Shown here piece after piece: positions 12,337 through 24,632 of a stretch of DNA of 64,000 bases. The stretch covers positions 313,074-377,073 of the forward strand of contig NMRA01000194.1 of NCBI GenBank assembly GCA_002633005.1. The letters run 5' to 3'. The stretch's first letter is position 1; each line of letters starts with the position of its first letter. A program made the position numbers and the translations under genes. A model generated the notes under the pieces. It was not told the origin of the DNA and ran no database searches. It was given only the letters and a program-made list of their open reading frames with translations. The stretch is from Phoronis australis. Lineage: Eukaryota; Animalia; Phoronida.

Positions 12337-12787
12337 GGCCATACTGAATTCCACACCTAAAGAACTCTACTGACTTTGTCCAGAAGCTATGAAAGCACAA
12401 TGTTTTTGGTTGGGTTTATTTGGGATTGACAGGCACATTTTAACAGGTTATTTTGAGGTGTATTTTTGTGGAAAATTTCTCGATTTCAACCGTTTGAAAG
12501 TACCGGAATTGAAAAGGTATCTCCAGGAATCTGGATTCTGTTCGGTTCACAATTAACCAATGAATCTGTGTTATCCACTCTCTCTGCATTTTCTTGTCTT
12601 TATTGATGTCAGGAAGGTGAAGAACTTAACGTCACACAGATATTTGTCCAAATTTGTCCTATTGGAGTTGTAGCTCATTAACATAGCATTAACCTTTCTT
12701 TGGTGTTGGAGGGATGAATGGAGTAATGCAGCAGAGAAAAACTTGTAAAGAATACAACAACGAAGAAAGTGTGGAACTCCAGTGGCA
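12337..12787. mobile_element. Possible internally deleted ISL2EU-like DNA transposon relic
   Basis: Imperfect TIR GGCCAtaCTGAATTCCACAC / GTGTGGAACTCCAGTGGC. + strand SAP-like LDFNRLKVPELKRYLQESG at ~12479. Minus-strand broken THAP-like SYNSNR...DVKFFTF/PDINKDKKMQREWI. Confidence 0.4.
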
Positions 12788-13029
12788 TGAAATCGAGGCT
12801 ACAAAAGTGCTTGGACGAATATTGCGGCTTTGTGGGTAAATACAGCAACTTTCAGGTGCTATTGTGTAATCCAGGGCAGCCCTATCGTAGCAGAGTGGTA
12901 TTGGGTCTGTTTGTGGAGTTCTGCAGAACTGGGTCTAGGAGTCGCATCCTACTAGTTCCTCTCCCATTGAACCTAGGTTGACGAGTCTCCAAGGAGAGTC
13001 TTAGACATCAATTATCTTACCAGTCTTAA

Positions 13030-13559
13030 GGCCCTTTCATGCTGACTTAAGTCCAATGCGAAATTAGTGTCTGTGTAAATTGCGAAGTTAGTCGAATGTT
13101 CATTCCGGCTTCGGTAGTTAATGGATATCGAAGTAAATGCTGGGTGACACTGTCATCACCGAAGTAATCACGGTTGTTGTGGCCCTTCGATGAGACTGAA
13201 GTTAACCGTAACTGGCCTAGGACTGAAGGTCACCATTCCAGGGCTTGGAATGACCATTGACAAAAAAGAGGAAAATTGTCCAGATGATGGGTCGTTCCAC
13301 AAATAAATAGGCTTGTGTGAGAGAAGTGTTGTGTTTTTTGTGTTGTAAAATTAACTGAAATAAATGTTTTTGAATGAAAAAAAGTCAAAATAATGATAAA
13401 AAAGAGATGAAAAAGAGAAAACTGGAAATCAAATAAGATGAAATCGAAACCAAAAAAGAGTAAATCCTTTTAAAAGAGAAAAATTCCAAGCCCTGTCATT
13501 CATACTGACTGCAACTTTCCAAAAATTTGACACCTGGGAATGTTAGTATGAAAGGGTTC
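13030..13559. mobile_element. PIF/Harbinger-like MITE (host of the 13239-13495 insertion)
   Basis: TAA flanks, imperfect TIR GGCCCTTTCATGCTGAC / GTTAGTATGAAAGGGTTC. Confidence 0.5.
13239..13495 (+). mobile_element. MITE with TIR CAGGGCTTGGAAT and ~6-bp TSD
   Basis: 13-bp perfect TIR, flanks CCATTC/TCATTC. Same family as 63363-63882. Confidence 0.8.
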
Positions 13560-13904
13560 TAATTTATATCGGGAAGTCTTTCATGTTGATCTCTTTGTGC
13601 TGATGTCAGTAACATGTGGTCCTGGCTTTTTTGTATCACGTGTGGTCCCGGGAGCAGTATTGACCTCATTAGTTAATTATTGATTTATAAGGATAGAGAT
13701 ATTGTCACTTGTGTTCAGTATTGAGCCATTTGTTATTAGTTGACTAGTCAAGACATAGATATTGACTGCACTGTGTTCATGTCTCTCATTCTGTGAATAA
13801 CAGACTAAATTGGATTATTCAAAGTGGTTCCCTAGCACTGAAACAAAAGTCGAACTGTTCAGTGTTCACCAGGTATTTTTACGGTTAGTGCGTTAAGATT
13901 TTGA

Positions 13905-16482
13905 ATATCTGTTAACTCCCCAAAATTGGCGAAATTAAGAGATGCCTTCCTGATGAGAAGACCGAGGGTGAGGTTGATTTTCGGAGGTTTTCATTTACTC
14001 TCCCTCCCCCCAGTGGCAATTTTATTTTTTGTGTATATGTCTGTATCTCCTTAACACTTTGCAAGAGCTTTCTGAAATTTTGCAGATGTGTTCCTTTGGA
14101 GATGGCAATAGATGACGGCCAATTTCAGGCTAATCTAGTTATCGAACTACGGCTGTGCTCCCTAGTGGCAATTTTATTTTTTACGTTTGCATTGTCTGTA
14201 ACTTAGAGTTCCTTTATGCTTTTTCTTGAAGTTGGGTAAACAAATTTCTATTATGAGGATGACAACATCTTACGTTTTTGTTTTGGATTCAACGTATTCT
14301 GCACCAACAAGTGGCCATTTTAATTATTTTTTGACATTTACTTCTGCATCTGCCAAACCGCGCAGCGGATCATTATGAAAATTGCCAGATGTGTTCTTAC
14401 TGACAAGGGCATGACTGATCCAGCTGCTTGATGCCACCTAGGGACATTTTTTCGCATCTACAGCTGTATCTCCTAAACACCTTGCAAGATGTTTTGGAAT
14501 TCTTATTAACTTAATGACAGCATCTGAACTTAAGTGATACATCGTACTTCTTTGTTAAGTGCTGTGTGCAGTCTTTCGTCTGGTGTGGCAACAGGCTTAA
14601 AAGAGTTTCTGAAGCAAGCAGAACTACTTTAGATATCATGTATTATATTTTTTTATAACAAAAATGAATTAATGTAGTAAGGGTTGCTGATGTCATGTAC
14701 TTTCCCTTTGCAAATATGCATTTTATGGGCATTGAGACCCGTTCCACAATGGAGTCAGTCGTGTAAGATACTGGCTATGTTGTTCAAGCATCCAGCTTGA
14801 CCATTTGCTGTCCCATCGAACTAGTAAGGGTAAACGGGTGTTAATCATAAAACACTTTCTCGAGATTGTGACAACACTACCCCTACAGAATTCACAGCAC
14901 TTTGAAATCAACAACACTACGGAATGGTAAAATGGCGGAGTGAACTCTCCTATACTCGTACACTCCTTGCCACAACACTACGGAAACGGATGTCGCTGAT
15001 GTTAACGTGTCTATTATTTATGCCGGTAATGTCCTCGTGTTTCACATTTCACTTGACTAATATTTTGTTAAGCGTGTATTTACTGGCATATATTTCTTTT
15101 TGTCATATACTGCTCATTTTCTACATATTTGTCGCCTGAAGGGTCTGAGGACTTTCTTTTTTGCACGTCATATTGAGCGAAACTACCAAAGATTGACCCC
15201 GCATCGACTTACGGTTAAGCGGCTTATTGTGGGCATAGAACCATGAATCCTATCCGTGTGCAACATGTACGATCACAGGACCAGCTAGGAGGTTGGACGA
15301 AGGTGGAGAGACTATGGCTCTTTGTTAGGAACAGGCGCCATCTATTTCCATTTTGGATTTTCATTAAATTTAATAAATAGGTTTCTATTAAAGAGACAGT
15401 GACAGGTTTGCAGTTTTTATTATTTTGAAATTTTGCAAATGGGTTTCTATTTAGAAAACAACCACGTCTTCTCTTTTTCAGATGGATTTGGCGTATTCTG
15501 CGTCACCCGGTGCCTTTTTAAAAATTTTTTAGTACGTATTTAACGTCACTTTCTCCATCTACCATACCGCTTGAAGAATAATTATCAAAACTGGGCGATG
15601 TGTTCTTGATGAGAAGACTGAAGTTGATGTTGATTTTAGGTTGTTTAACTACTCTGGCAACCCCTAGTGGCAATTATTTTTGCGTTGTTCAACTACTCTG
15701 GCAACCCCTAGTGGCAATTATTTTTGCGTCCACAGCTGTATCTCCCTTACCCGTTGCAAGATCTTTGTGAAATTTAGCAGATTTGTTCCTGTGGAGATGG
15801 CAACAGATAAGGACAAGTTTCAACCAGTCCAACTACAGCTGTGCCCCCTCCTGGCAATTTTTTACGTTTGCCTGATTGAAACTTCAGAGTTCCTTTACGC
15901 CTGGCATGAAATTTGACAAACAAATTTCTAATATGAAGACGACAACACCTTTCCATTTTATGATGCGTTTGAAGTATTCTGCCTCAACTACTGGCCTTTT
16001 AAATTATTTACGGGTCTGTTTTTTGTTGTCTGTTTCTGTATCTGCCTTGCACCAAACCACTCGGAAGATCACTATGAAAATTGGCAGATATGTTCCTACT
16101 GACAAGATCATAACTGACGTGGATTTTCAGACAGGTTCAAGTACTGTGGTGCCTCCTAATGACATTTTTCGTATCTACGGCTGAATCTCTAAGCCCCTTG
16201 CAAGATATTTTTGAAACTTTGCAGTTCTATTCCTATTAACCTGACGGATTCGACTACGGCTGTGGTTCCTAATGGCAATTTTTGTTACATTTATCTTTGT
16301 ATTTTCGGAGTTTTTAGATGGATTTTCATGAAATTTGGCAAATAGCTTTGAAAGACGGTGGCACCTTCCCATTTTTGGATGTGTTCAATGTTTTCTGTGC
16401 CTCTTATTGGCCATCCCCGTAGAAGTATATTGTTTGCTGTACAGTTGTGAGTGCATTTCGTCAGCTCCGTGTTTCTCCCTTT
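13905..16482 (+). mobile_element. Old diverged HINE family A array, interrupted at ~14520-15410
   Basis: Degenerate ~150-bp monomers with C(T)AGTGGC cores, 3' end remnant TTGTGAGTGCATTTC at ~16445, and a 44-bp tandem duplication at 15641-15728. Confidence 0.7.
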
Positions 16483-16565
16483 TGTGTTGTTCTCCAAAAT
16501 GCTAATTGGAATTGTCTTTGAAATACTCCACATTTACATAAGGGTGCTTGCAAAAGTGGGAATTA

Positions 16566-17940
16566 CCGTATTTGCCGTAATAACCGCCCAGGGCGCTTAG
16601 AAAAGTTCAGTTTAGGGGGGGGGCGCTTATTATAACCCAAGGCGGTTGAAACCCGTTCTCCGAAACGGGTGAAATCGGAAGCTAAGATTCATCAAATTTA
16701 CTCTCTGTGACGTATCTGTAATCTATGAAAGACTTTCAACAAAACTGTGGTGCATTGCTATCAAACTTTGCTGCTAAATTACGATCATTTTACAGGAAAT
16801 TGTGCTGAAATCCCAGGGCGAAATCGCCGTCTTCAATATGGCGACTTCTATGCTTGAATAAAAATACAGTTTCGACTCGAGCAAATTACCTGAAATCTTC
16901 ATTAAGTTTTCTATGTAGCGTCCCTACGATGACGTGGAGTCTTGATTAACTGCAGGTTTAAGTACAAATCCGTGCAACATCGTGCCATCTACATGTATGA
17001 TCGGTAACACGGTCAGAAAAATGTCTGGAGGAACACACTTGTCGTCACGTGACGTTTGTGAGTAAGTGTGCGCGTGCGTGTCACCAGAGTTCATTTGCCA
17101 AAGCAGAGACCGCCTTTTGGCCAGAGCCACGCAATCTAACGAGCTAGATGTGCATTGTGTCTAAAGAAATTTGCACAAGCTGGAGGCCTGAACCAGAGCG
17201 TGTTTCATTCAGCACTTGCCAGTCTCGTATGCTAAAAACGTTTGACATTTGTCTTTGTAAGGCCCATATTAGTCTCCGTGTAGCTGGATGCGTACGTAAC
17301 TATCTGACAGTTATGTTTCGGTGTATGGGTGTGTTAAGCATTCACTGTCAGTTGTCATTTTATCGGATATTCGGCTTAAAAACACCAATTATGGTTAATC
17401 AAACAATCCATCTCAAAAATAACGCAAACATGTTTTACAGTATTAGAAACTGTCGGAAATTAGTGCCAATATTCATTTCTTATCGATGCTATGCTACCCG
17501 TTTCATGAATGGATAGTTCCCGACTAATGTCTTTGATGACAGGTTCATGTATGTAGCACGCGCTTCCTGGCCACGTGCGTTTAACACCGAGTTATTTTTA
17601 TTCATGAGACAGTCGATGTGTTTGTACTGAAAGGTCAAACCATAGTGGGACATGGTTCTCGCGAGAATAGCAACGCTGTTGCGTTCTTTTTGAAGCACTG
17701 CGTTACTTTGAAGTGTATAGTCACGGCTAAATACAAACGTAGCAGTGCCGCTGGTGGTCTAGAAGACCCGTGCAAACATTTTTTGATAAATTGAAGACGT
17801 TACTGTAGCCGAGTTTTAGGACTGTAGGTACGTCATTGTTTGCATGTACATGTTCATGGACTGGGTGCTTATTTCAGATAAGTCTGAAAACGCGTGGGGG
17901 GCACATATAGGGGCATGGGCGGTTATTACGGCGAATACGG
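16566..17940. mobile_element. Non-autonomous Tc1/mariner-superfamily (Tc2/pogo-like) element
   Basis: TA TSD, TIR CCGTATT(T/C)GCCGTAATAACCGCCCA (24/25 match), subterminal GGGCGCTTA motifs, no transposase ORF seen. Confidence 0.9.
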
Positions 17941-18989
17941 TATGCGATTTCTGCACTAATCAAAAACCTAGCGATACTTTGAAAACTGTAGCAAAAACAA
18001 CAATGGATTTAAACCGGCTTGACATGTTTAGGCGTTTATCAAAAAAAAAAAAACAGTGGCCACCTTGCTAGGCCCAAGAACAAGTAATGAAACACAGCTA
18101 GTCAGTTACAGAGAGTAAAAATAGACTAGACTTATAATGACAGTGTTTGCCAGTTGCCTATTGAGACTGAGCTTGTGTGCAGTCGCAGGAAGTATATAAG
18201 CTCCCTTGTTGTTTCTACTTGGTCTGTGCAAGGTCATTGAAATAGCATTGCTCATAACAATAGTTAGAGCTCTGCAGATGAATATTAACACGTGAACTGC
18301 CAGAATTTGGATGTTCCTTGGTCCGGGTTTTCAAATGGCGAACAGTTTCGCCTTTACAACTGGAGTTTAACATAATGCAGTTACATGATATCATGGAAAA
18401 CTGTGGCAGCTTTTTTAAGATTTCATCTTGAACATTTATATCGAACGATTTGTTGTCATGTTATTGATACCGCTGGTTTGTTCCGCGTTCCAATTAATAG
18501 CAAATTGATTTAACAGATTGGTATTAAGTGAACAATCAAATTCTTAAGACTTTCTACTCTCTAGTATTACTGAGTTAACACCTAAAGTTTTGTAGATGCT
18601 GGACTGAATAGGCTGACCAGTGGGTAAGGTACTAATGTACTGTACCCAGTGCTGTTACCTCATTTTGCCAGGTCATTCACATCTGCTGCACATGCTCAAT
18701 CTCATAATTGTTCGTATATAAACAGTGTTTCCCCACATCACCTGTTACACCTGGTGTCACTGACTGTCAGTACTGGATGTTATGACTGGCCTTTCCTGAA
18801 GAGCTTGTCTGCGGTTTTCTTAACCTCTTTCTTTTCTTAGGTAAGATTGCATGCTTTGATACAAGAGGCCTTTGCTTTTTGTAATACTGTCATTTGCGGT
18901 ATGTTAACTTCCCACTGTCATTCTGCTCTTGATGTGGTTGAAAAGTGAAATTTTATTATGTCAAAATTGTCAACATAATGAACCATTAA

Positions 18990-19533
18990 GGTTATGCATG
19001 ACGCAAGAAAAATTTGGTTGACTTTGGAATGTCATATCTCAAAACTGGCATGCTCATATTCATGTAGAGATTTCAGATACTATGCTAAAACCTCACTAAT
19101 TTTCGACAAAATATGGCTGACAAAGTGAAATTTTATTCATAATCTTTCCATGAAACATGCTTATACCAACTTAAATAGTCTTCCATGTTTAAGTTATGTT
19201 GCCATCAGACAAAAGTTTTCAAAAGTTGTGGACCCTCTCAACAAGGTGAGAAAACCACTGAAAAATTGAAAAGGTCATTTTTAGCAATTATTCTTGTCTG
19301 ACCTTGCGGTGAGATTTTTTTGTATGCTTTCATATACTGTTTTCCAAAATACTAGAAATTGTTTTTGAAATGGTCCACTTTACAAGAGGTCTTCTGTGAT
19401 GTTTACAAAAAGTCAAAAGTTGATTTAGAAACCCGTAACAGCGTTTATGGGATTTAGTCTTAAATTTTTTATCAAATAGAATTTGGTCATGTTGTCGATG
19501 CATTTGTTTGCATTGAGTAAGACATGTGTAACC
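18990..19533. mobile_element. TTAA-flanked MITE (Kolobok-like termini)
   Basis: TTAA|GGTTATGCATG ... CATGTGTAACC|TTAA. Confidence 0.45.
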
Positions 19534-19945
19534 TTAAGAAAATTGTACATCTTTTGTAAGATGTTTGAATTTTAATAATTTGTTGCAAAGTAATTGGCTT
19601 GTGAAAAAATCAGTCAAAAAGGTAATGTTTACAAATATTTATGGGCAAACTGATAAACTTGAACACATAAATTATTGATTTTTTCTGGAGACTAATTTCC
19701 ATTAAAGCTGATTACTGTAATTTAACTGGTTTTAAAACGATTGTTTATGTAAACTGATGTTTCATCCTAGGCATTGCAGTATTTATATAGTAATCTCAAT
19801 TTTGAGAATTAAGAAAATTTCAAATAAACACAGAAAAATTGCTGATTGTATATATGTTGTCCAAATCCCGTGTGAAAAAGGCGAAACGCCACTCGTGGGA
19901 TGTATGGCTTAACAGTTGGCTGTAAACAGTAATTGCACAGATATC

Positions 19946-20023
19946 GGGACCTCAGTAGCTCAGTGGTGAGGCCACTAGACCGGCAATCTAGAGACCTGTG
20001 GTTTGATTCCCAGTTGGTGTTCC
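19946..20023 (+). other. tRNA-derived module (SINE-like or pseudo-tRNA)
   Basis: A box TAGCTCAGTGG, B-box-like GGTTTGATTCC, anticodon-like arm CTAGA-CCGGCAA-TCTAG, irregular acceptor stem GGGACCTCAG/TTGGTGTTCC. Confidence 0.7.
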
Positions 20024-20049
20024 TGATTTTTCTGTGTTTATTTGATATA

Positions 20050-22466
20050 CCGTAATCGTTCGGGTTAACGCCCTGGGCGGTTAAATTGGCGAATCCAAAA
20101 AATCGGGGGAGGGCGGTTAACTGAGCAGTGGGCGGTTAAATCGAAAATCCACCTAAAGTAGGGGATGGGCGGTTAACCGAACATGGGCGCTTATTATGAC
20201 AGACAACCGCCCTGGGCGGTTAATCTTACCTGGCAATCTAAATCCCGACACGGCAATCATACTCGGAACGCGTAGCCCTTTTCAAAGAGCTTTATCGTCA
20301 CGTCGCCAAATGACTGTGAAAACGTCATAACAGCGGATGATCCCAACAAAGGTTCTCTTGCCCTCAGATTAGTCATTCACTATTAAATTTACAAAATTGC
20401 TGAGTAATAGCCCCGTGCCGTCCTGCGGTGCGCAGACGACCAGTCACCACGCAGCCTCCACTAGAATTAAAACTGTTTCAAGATGTGACCCTGCTTAAGT
20501 GCGCGCGTGCAAGCTTCACGTGTTGCAGAGGTCAGACATCAAATTTATGGTTACAGTCTCGTACTATATGTAGCTGTCAAGTTCTGAGTCAGAGAGCAGT
20601 TTTAAAATTGGTTGTAATAAAAGTTTGAAAAACTTAACTGTGTTTTTTTGTGTTTGGGATGTTATAGTCGACACTCCGTGACTCAATGACATTTTCAGCG
20701 TATGGTTCTGCGGCTAGCTGTCTTATCTCGACAGCCCGGCATTGCTCTCTTGCCGTTGCGCCAAACATGCTATGCAAAGAAGTAAGACAAGGATCGGGGG
20801 TGGTCGAGCCAGTAGTCGATCAAGAAGAAAATTTCAAGCAACTGCATAAATATGTTACAAAATGTCAGAAAACAGCAATGTTTCAATTCATTATTCTAAA
20901 CGATCACCTTACCAAACTTCGTGGTGGAAAAACATTTATTTTTCATGCAAGATGTCCAGATTATCCTATTTATATCACTTGTAATATCGCACTGCGGCAC
21001 TGTTCGGTCCCGCTGTTATCGCGCAATGTCTCAGTCGGCTGACAATCGTGACTTGGAAATGCCGTCAAGTAATATAACGGCCTCTTTCAATGTGCATCTC
21101 GTTTTTTATGGCCAAGGTGGCGGTATTCAGCACGCACGTAGGGCCTACGTGTGAGTCACCTGTCAATCACATGTTGGTGTCAAGGTAACATGCACTCCAA
21201 AGTGTGGGAACTTGCGCACGTGCACCACTACAAATCAGTCACACATAGCGACAGTCCGACGAAGTAACAAAAACGGGCGTGACTATGTACTTTTAAGCTG
21301 TTGTTACGAAAGACCCAGTTCTTTACGATAGTTCTCCGTTGCCAATGTTCCCCAAAACTGCGATGTCAAGTCTATTCCCATAATTCCCGGCTCGATGCTC
21401 CCTAAGCCCATCCCTGTAACTAGCTGCGTGAATCTCCTACCCACTATCGTCAAGCAGTCTACGTCGTAGGTATTTCAGACTCGAATGGTAAGAATTTTTG
21501 TTCAGGCTGAAAATGGCCAATGTATAAGCAAAATTATTCTGGATGGCTAAAAAGGGGATGTGAAACGATAATTCACACAGTCACGCTTACGTGGGGGCTG
21601 ACGCAAGAAATAGTAAAGAACAGCCAGCGACATTAGTTAAATCTGCTAACCAGTTTGACTGAGATGCAATAAGCGAAAAACAAAATTTGACTAGCCGCTT
21701 TTTATTACTTCAAGATCATACACAAACATACATTATTGCCAACGTTTGAATTCAGAAATCGACAGGCAGCTACGAAATCGGTAACCCAGTAAGGCACTTG
21801 TACTGTCCCTTCGGTCGCCCCACATCCTCTATAACCCGGCAGTTATATTCATCGAAATATTGAGAATTTGACATCTTTCCGTGAGTTGTGAGATTTGTTC
21901 AAAATACTAGAGCTTCCCACCTTAATAGAATTTGGAGGGTTGGCAAAACCATTGTCACATTTTTCTGGCCTGATTTTTTCGAATATATGTTTTATCTAGT
22001 GCACTGCAAACGGAAACTCAGCGTGGCAGACAAAGTCTCTGAAAGCGGAGGTTTTGACGCCGGCGTCGTTCTTAAATTTAGCAAACAAGGGAAGAAAATA
22101 AAGTGACAAAACGGTTCAAGTATTATATTTTGAAGTGAGTTCATAACCCAAGACAATAACTCGTTACCTGTATTGTAATTCAGATTGCTAAACCACTGTC
22201 TCGGAGTCATGGCGTCATTGCATTTGTTGTGATCATCGATCTTTTTCTAAGTCGGGGAATCGCGCGTTTCCTTAGCACTAGGCGCTGAATCTTCATTCTT
22301 TAAAAGTCGGGGATGGGCGCTTAACCGAGAGGTGGGCGCTTAACTGGAAATCTTCAAAAATTGCAGGGGGGCGCTTAACCGAGCAATGGGCGGTTAAATC
22401 GAAAATCCACTTAAAGTCGGGGATGGGCGGTTAACTGAGCATGGGCGTTAACCCGAACGATTACGG
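20050..22466. mobile_element. Non-autonomous Tc1/mariner-superfamily (Tc2/pogo-like) element, 2.4 kb
   Basis: TA TSD, perfect 24-bp TIR CCGTAATCGTTCGGGTTAACGCCC, many subterminal GGGCG(G/C)TTAA repeats, and an ~85-bp block repeated directly at ~20105 and ~22366. Confidence 0.95.
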
Positions 22467-22970
22467 TATTTCACCACTGGCCAACCTCAGCATCTATATA
22501 TTTAAGAAAATTTCAGTAAGTGATCGGTAAGCACAATAGTTACAAAAGATGGTGAGTATTTTCTTGTCCAAAAAAATTGATGCTTCATAGCAGAGACTCG
22601 TCTAGGATTTGAAAAGTGGGGTCCAAATTCATGAAAATTACAATGCACGTAGCGCCAAAGGTGGGGGGGGGGGGGAGAATTGGAGGGAAAATGGTAATGT
22701 ACATAAATTAAAAAGGTCATTTCCTTGCATTTTAGCACACTGTATGTTTTTTTCTTGTTCAAAGGGTGACAAAAAAGGAAAGTAAACAAATGTTAAAAAG
22801 TTTGTTGCATTCAGATTGTGTTCCTTGTCACCAGACTGCAAAAATCAAGATCTATAAATTTTTTGTATAAGATAATCTGTGTATGTTAGACAGTGTAGAA
22901 AATAAATCTGAAACTAAATAAGGCGATCCAGATCCTCCCAAGGATACTATTGTTTCACGAAATGCAGAAT

Positions 22971-23055
22971 ATAAATAGGTAAATAAAACAACAAGAATGG
23001 ATCAACTGAAATTTTCGGATGTAATCCATTCTAGTTGTTTTATTTACCTATTTAT
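22971..23055. repeat. 85-bp near-perfect palindrome (mini-MITE or hairpin)
   Basis: ATAAATAGGTAAATAAAACAAC(A/T)AGAATGGAT arms, 31/32 complementary, 21-nt loop. Confidence 0.85.
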
Positions 23056-24632
23056 GTTAGACAGATAATTCAACGCATGACCTCAGAAATCAATGTATCT
23101 TGAATCTCTCAAAAGAGAAGTGTATTACTTTAATGCAGTTAAGGAAGATAAATTAAATTTATGAGAAAACAATGGAGTTGCATTTGAAAGGATACAAAAA
23201 AATATATCCTTGAATTCACGTGACTACGTTCCGTTACACCACATCGTACTGCAATTCATAAGTTTACAGTCAACACTTATCCTCAACAAATTCACAACTC
23301 AGGCGCACCGGCACTCGACACAGGCGAAAATCTCCTCTCGAAAATAGGAGTGACAGCATATTTGCACTCACATTTTTGTACTCGAACTTGGCCTAGTATA
23401 AGATGACGACCCAAAAAAACCTCAGAACTCCGTATTTGAATTTGGCGCTCGTATTTTTACGTTTTCCAATTGTTTTTCGAGCCCATTACTCACAAATTTG
23501 GAGTCGCCTGGAGTTTGGCTATGGTTGTTGTCAGTGGTTGCTACCGTCTTCGGCAGGGGATTATTAATGGATGCTTTGTTGAAATTGACACTTACCAGGT
23601 CCAAAGGCAGTCACAGTCTTTCATACTACGCTACAACAAATTTATTCTTAAAAAGAACCATTCTCTTCTCACAGTTGTAAGAGCCAAATCTCAGCCTGGT
23701 TCACAGCCCAAGTAACAGGTGCTGTGCAGTGACTTCGTGACCTCCTTTTTCCATATGGCAAGCAGTGCCACACACATCACCTCTTGAATTAGAAATAAGT
23801 TTTATATTAATTAAGATATACAAATGATGTCAAATTGTCACATTAAGAAATTTGAGCATGTACGGGACACATCAGTTCCACCTTGTGATTATTTCAGTGA
23901 CGACGGCATCACCCAACGTTCACTTTGATGCCATTAACTACTGAGGCTGGTGTGAAGCTCTGTTCATATGGCAATTGAGTTAGTATGCAAAGGCCTTTAG
24001 ACATTGTACTAAAGAACTCTCAACCAATGACAACAGCACTTTTCTAAGTGTCTACCAACAACTATGGCATTGAGTTTGATAATGCACATATAATGTTTAT
24101 CTGATGACTATAAGCCCCTAACCCAGTTGGTTAAACAGTCAGCCCATGGCCTGAAGATGTCCACTGATCTTCATGTGACCTTGCATTGTTCATCCTCAAT
24201 GTGGGAAGCATTGTTTATTCATATTCAATCCATTCCCAGTATTTACTTGAGAATACTAGCCATGTGGTGTTTAATTCAAGAGAACTTGCCCTAACTCTGA
24301 TGTGGCTTGCAAACAGTATTGATTGGAATAGGTAAAGGCTCTTGTGACCAATCTGTGTCAGAGTCATTTGTAGCTGTATTATGGCTGTACTGACAAAGAA
24401 GTAGCGGCAATTACCAGGAAGATTTGCAAACAAACGTCAACAATCGAATTGTTAAACTTGCAGCAAAAATCAAAGATTTTAACACAGGCAGATGAAGTAT
24501 AGGTGGAGTCTGCAAACTGCAAATGTTGATTTGCCGTACTTAGTTTTGCCTCAAAATGGTTTCTAGATTTGTAATAAGTTATTTTAGGCCCCAATGTTGT
24601 CCAGCCATAAAAAGTTCTGAATTTCCTCTTTA

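Noticed and set aside
19946-20023. Functional tRNA-Ala(GGC) gene
   Set aside because: Irregular acceptor stem, TTTGA instead of TTCGA in the T-loop, a T-stem mismatch and an atypical anticodon.
24101-24145. Hammerhead-like CTGATGA...AAACAGTCAG
   Set aside because: The GAAA core is absent (TAAAC) and the stems do not close convincingly.
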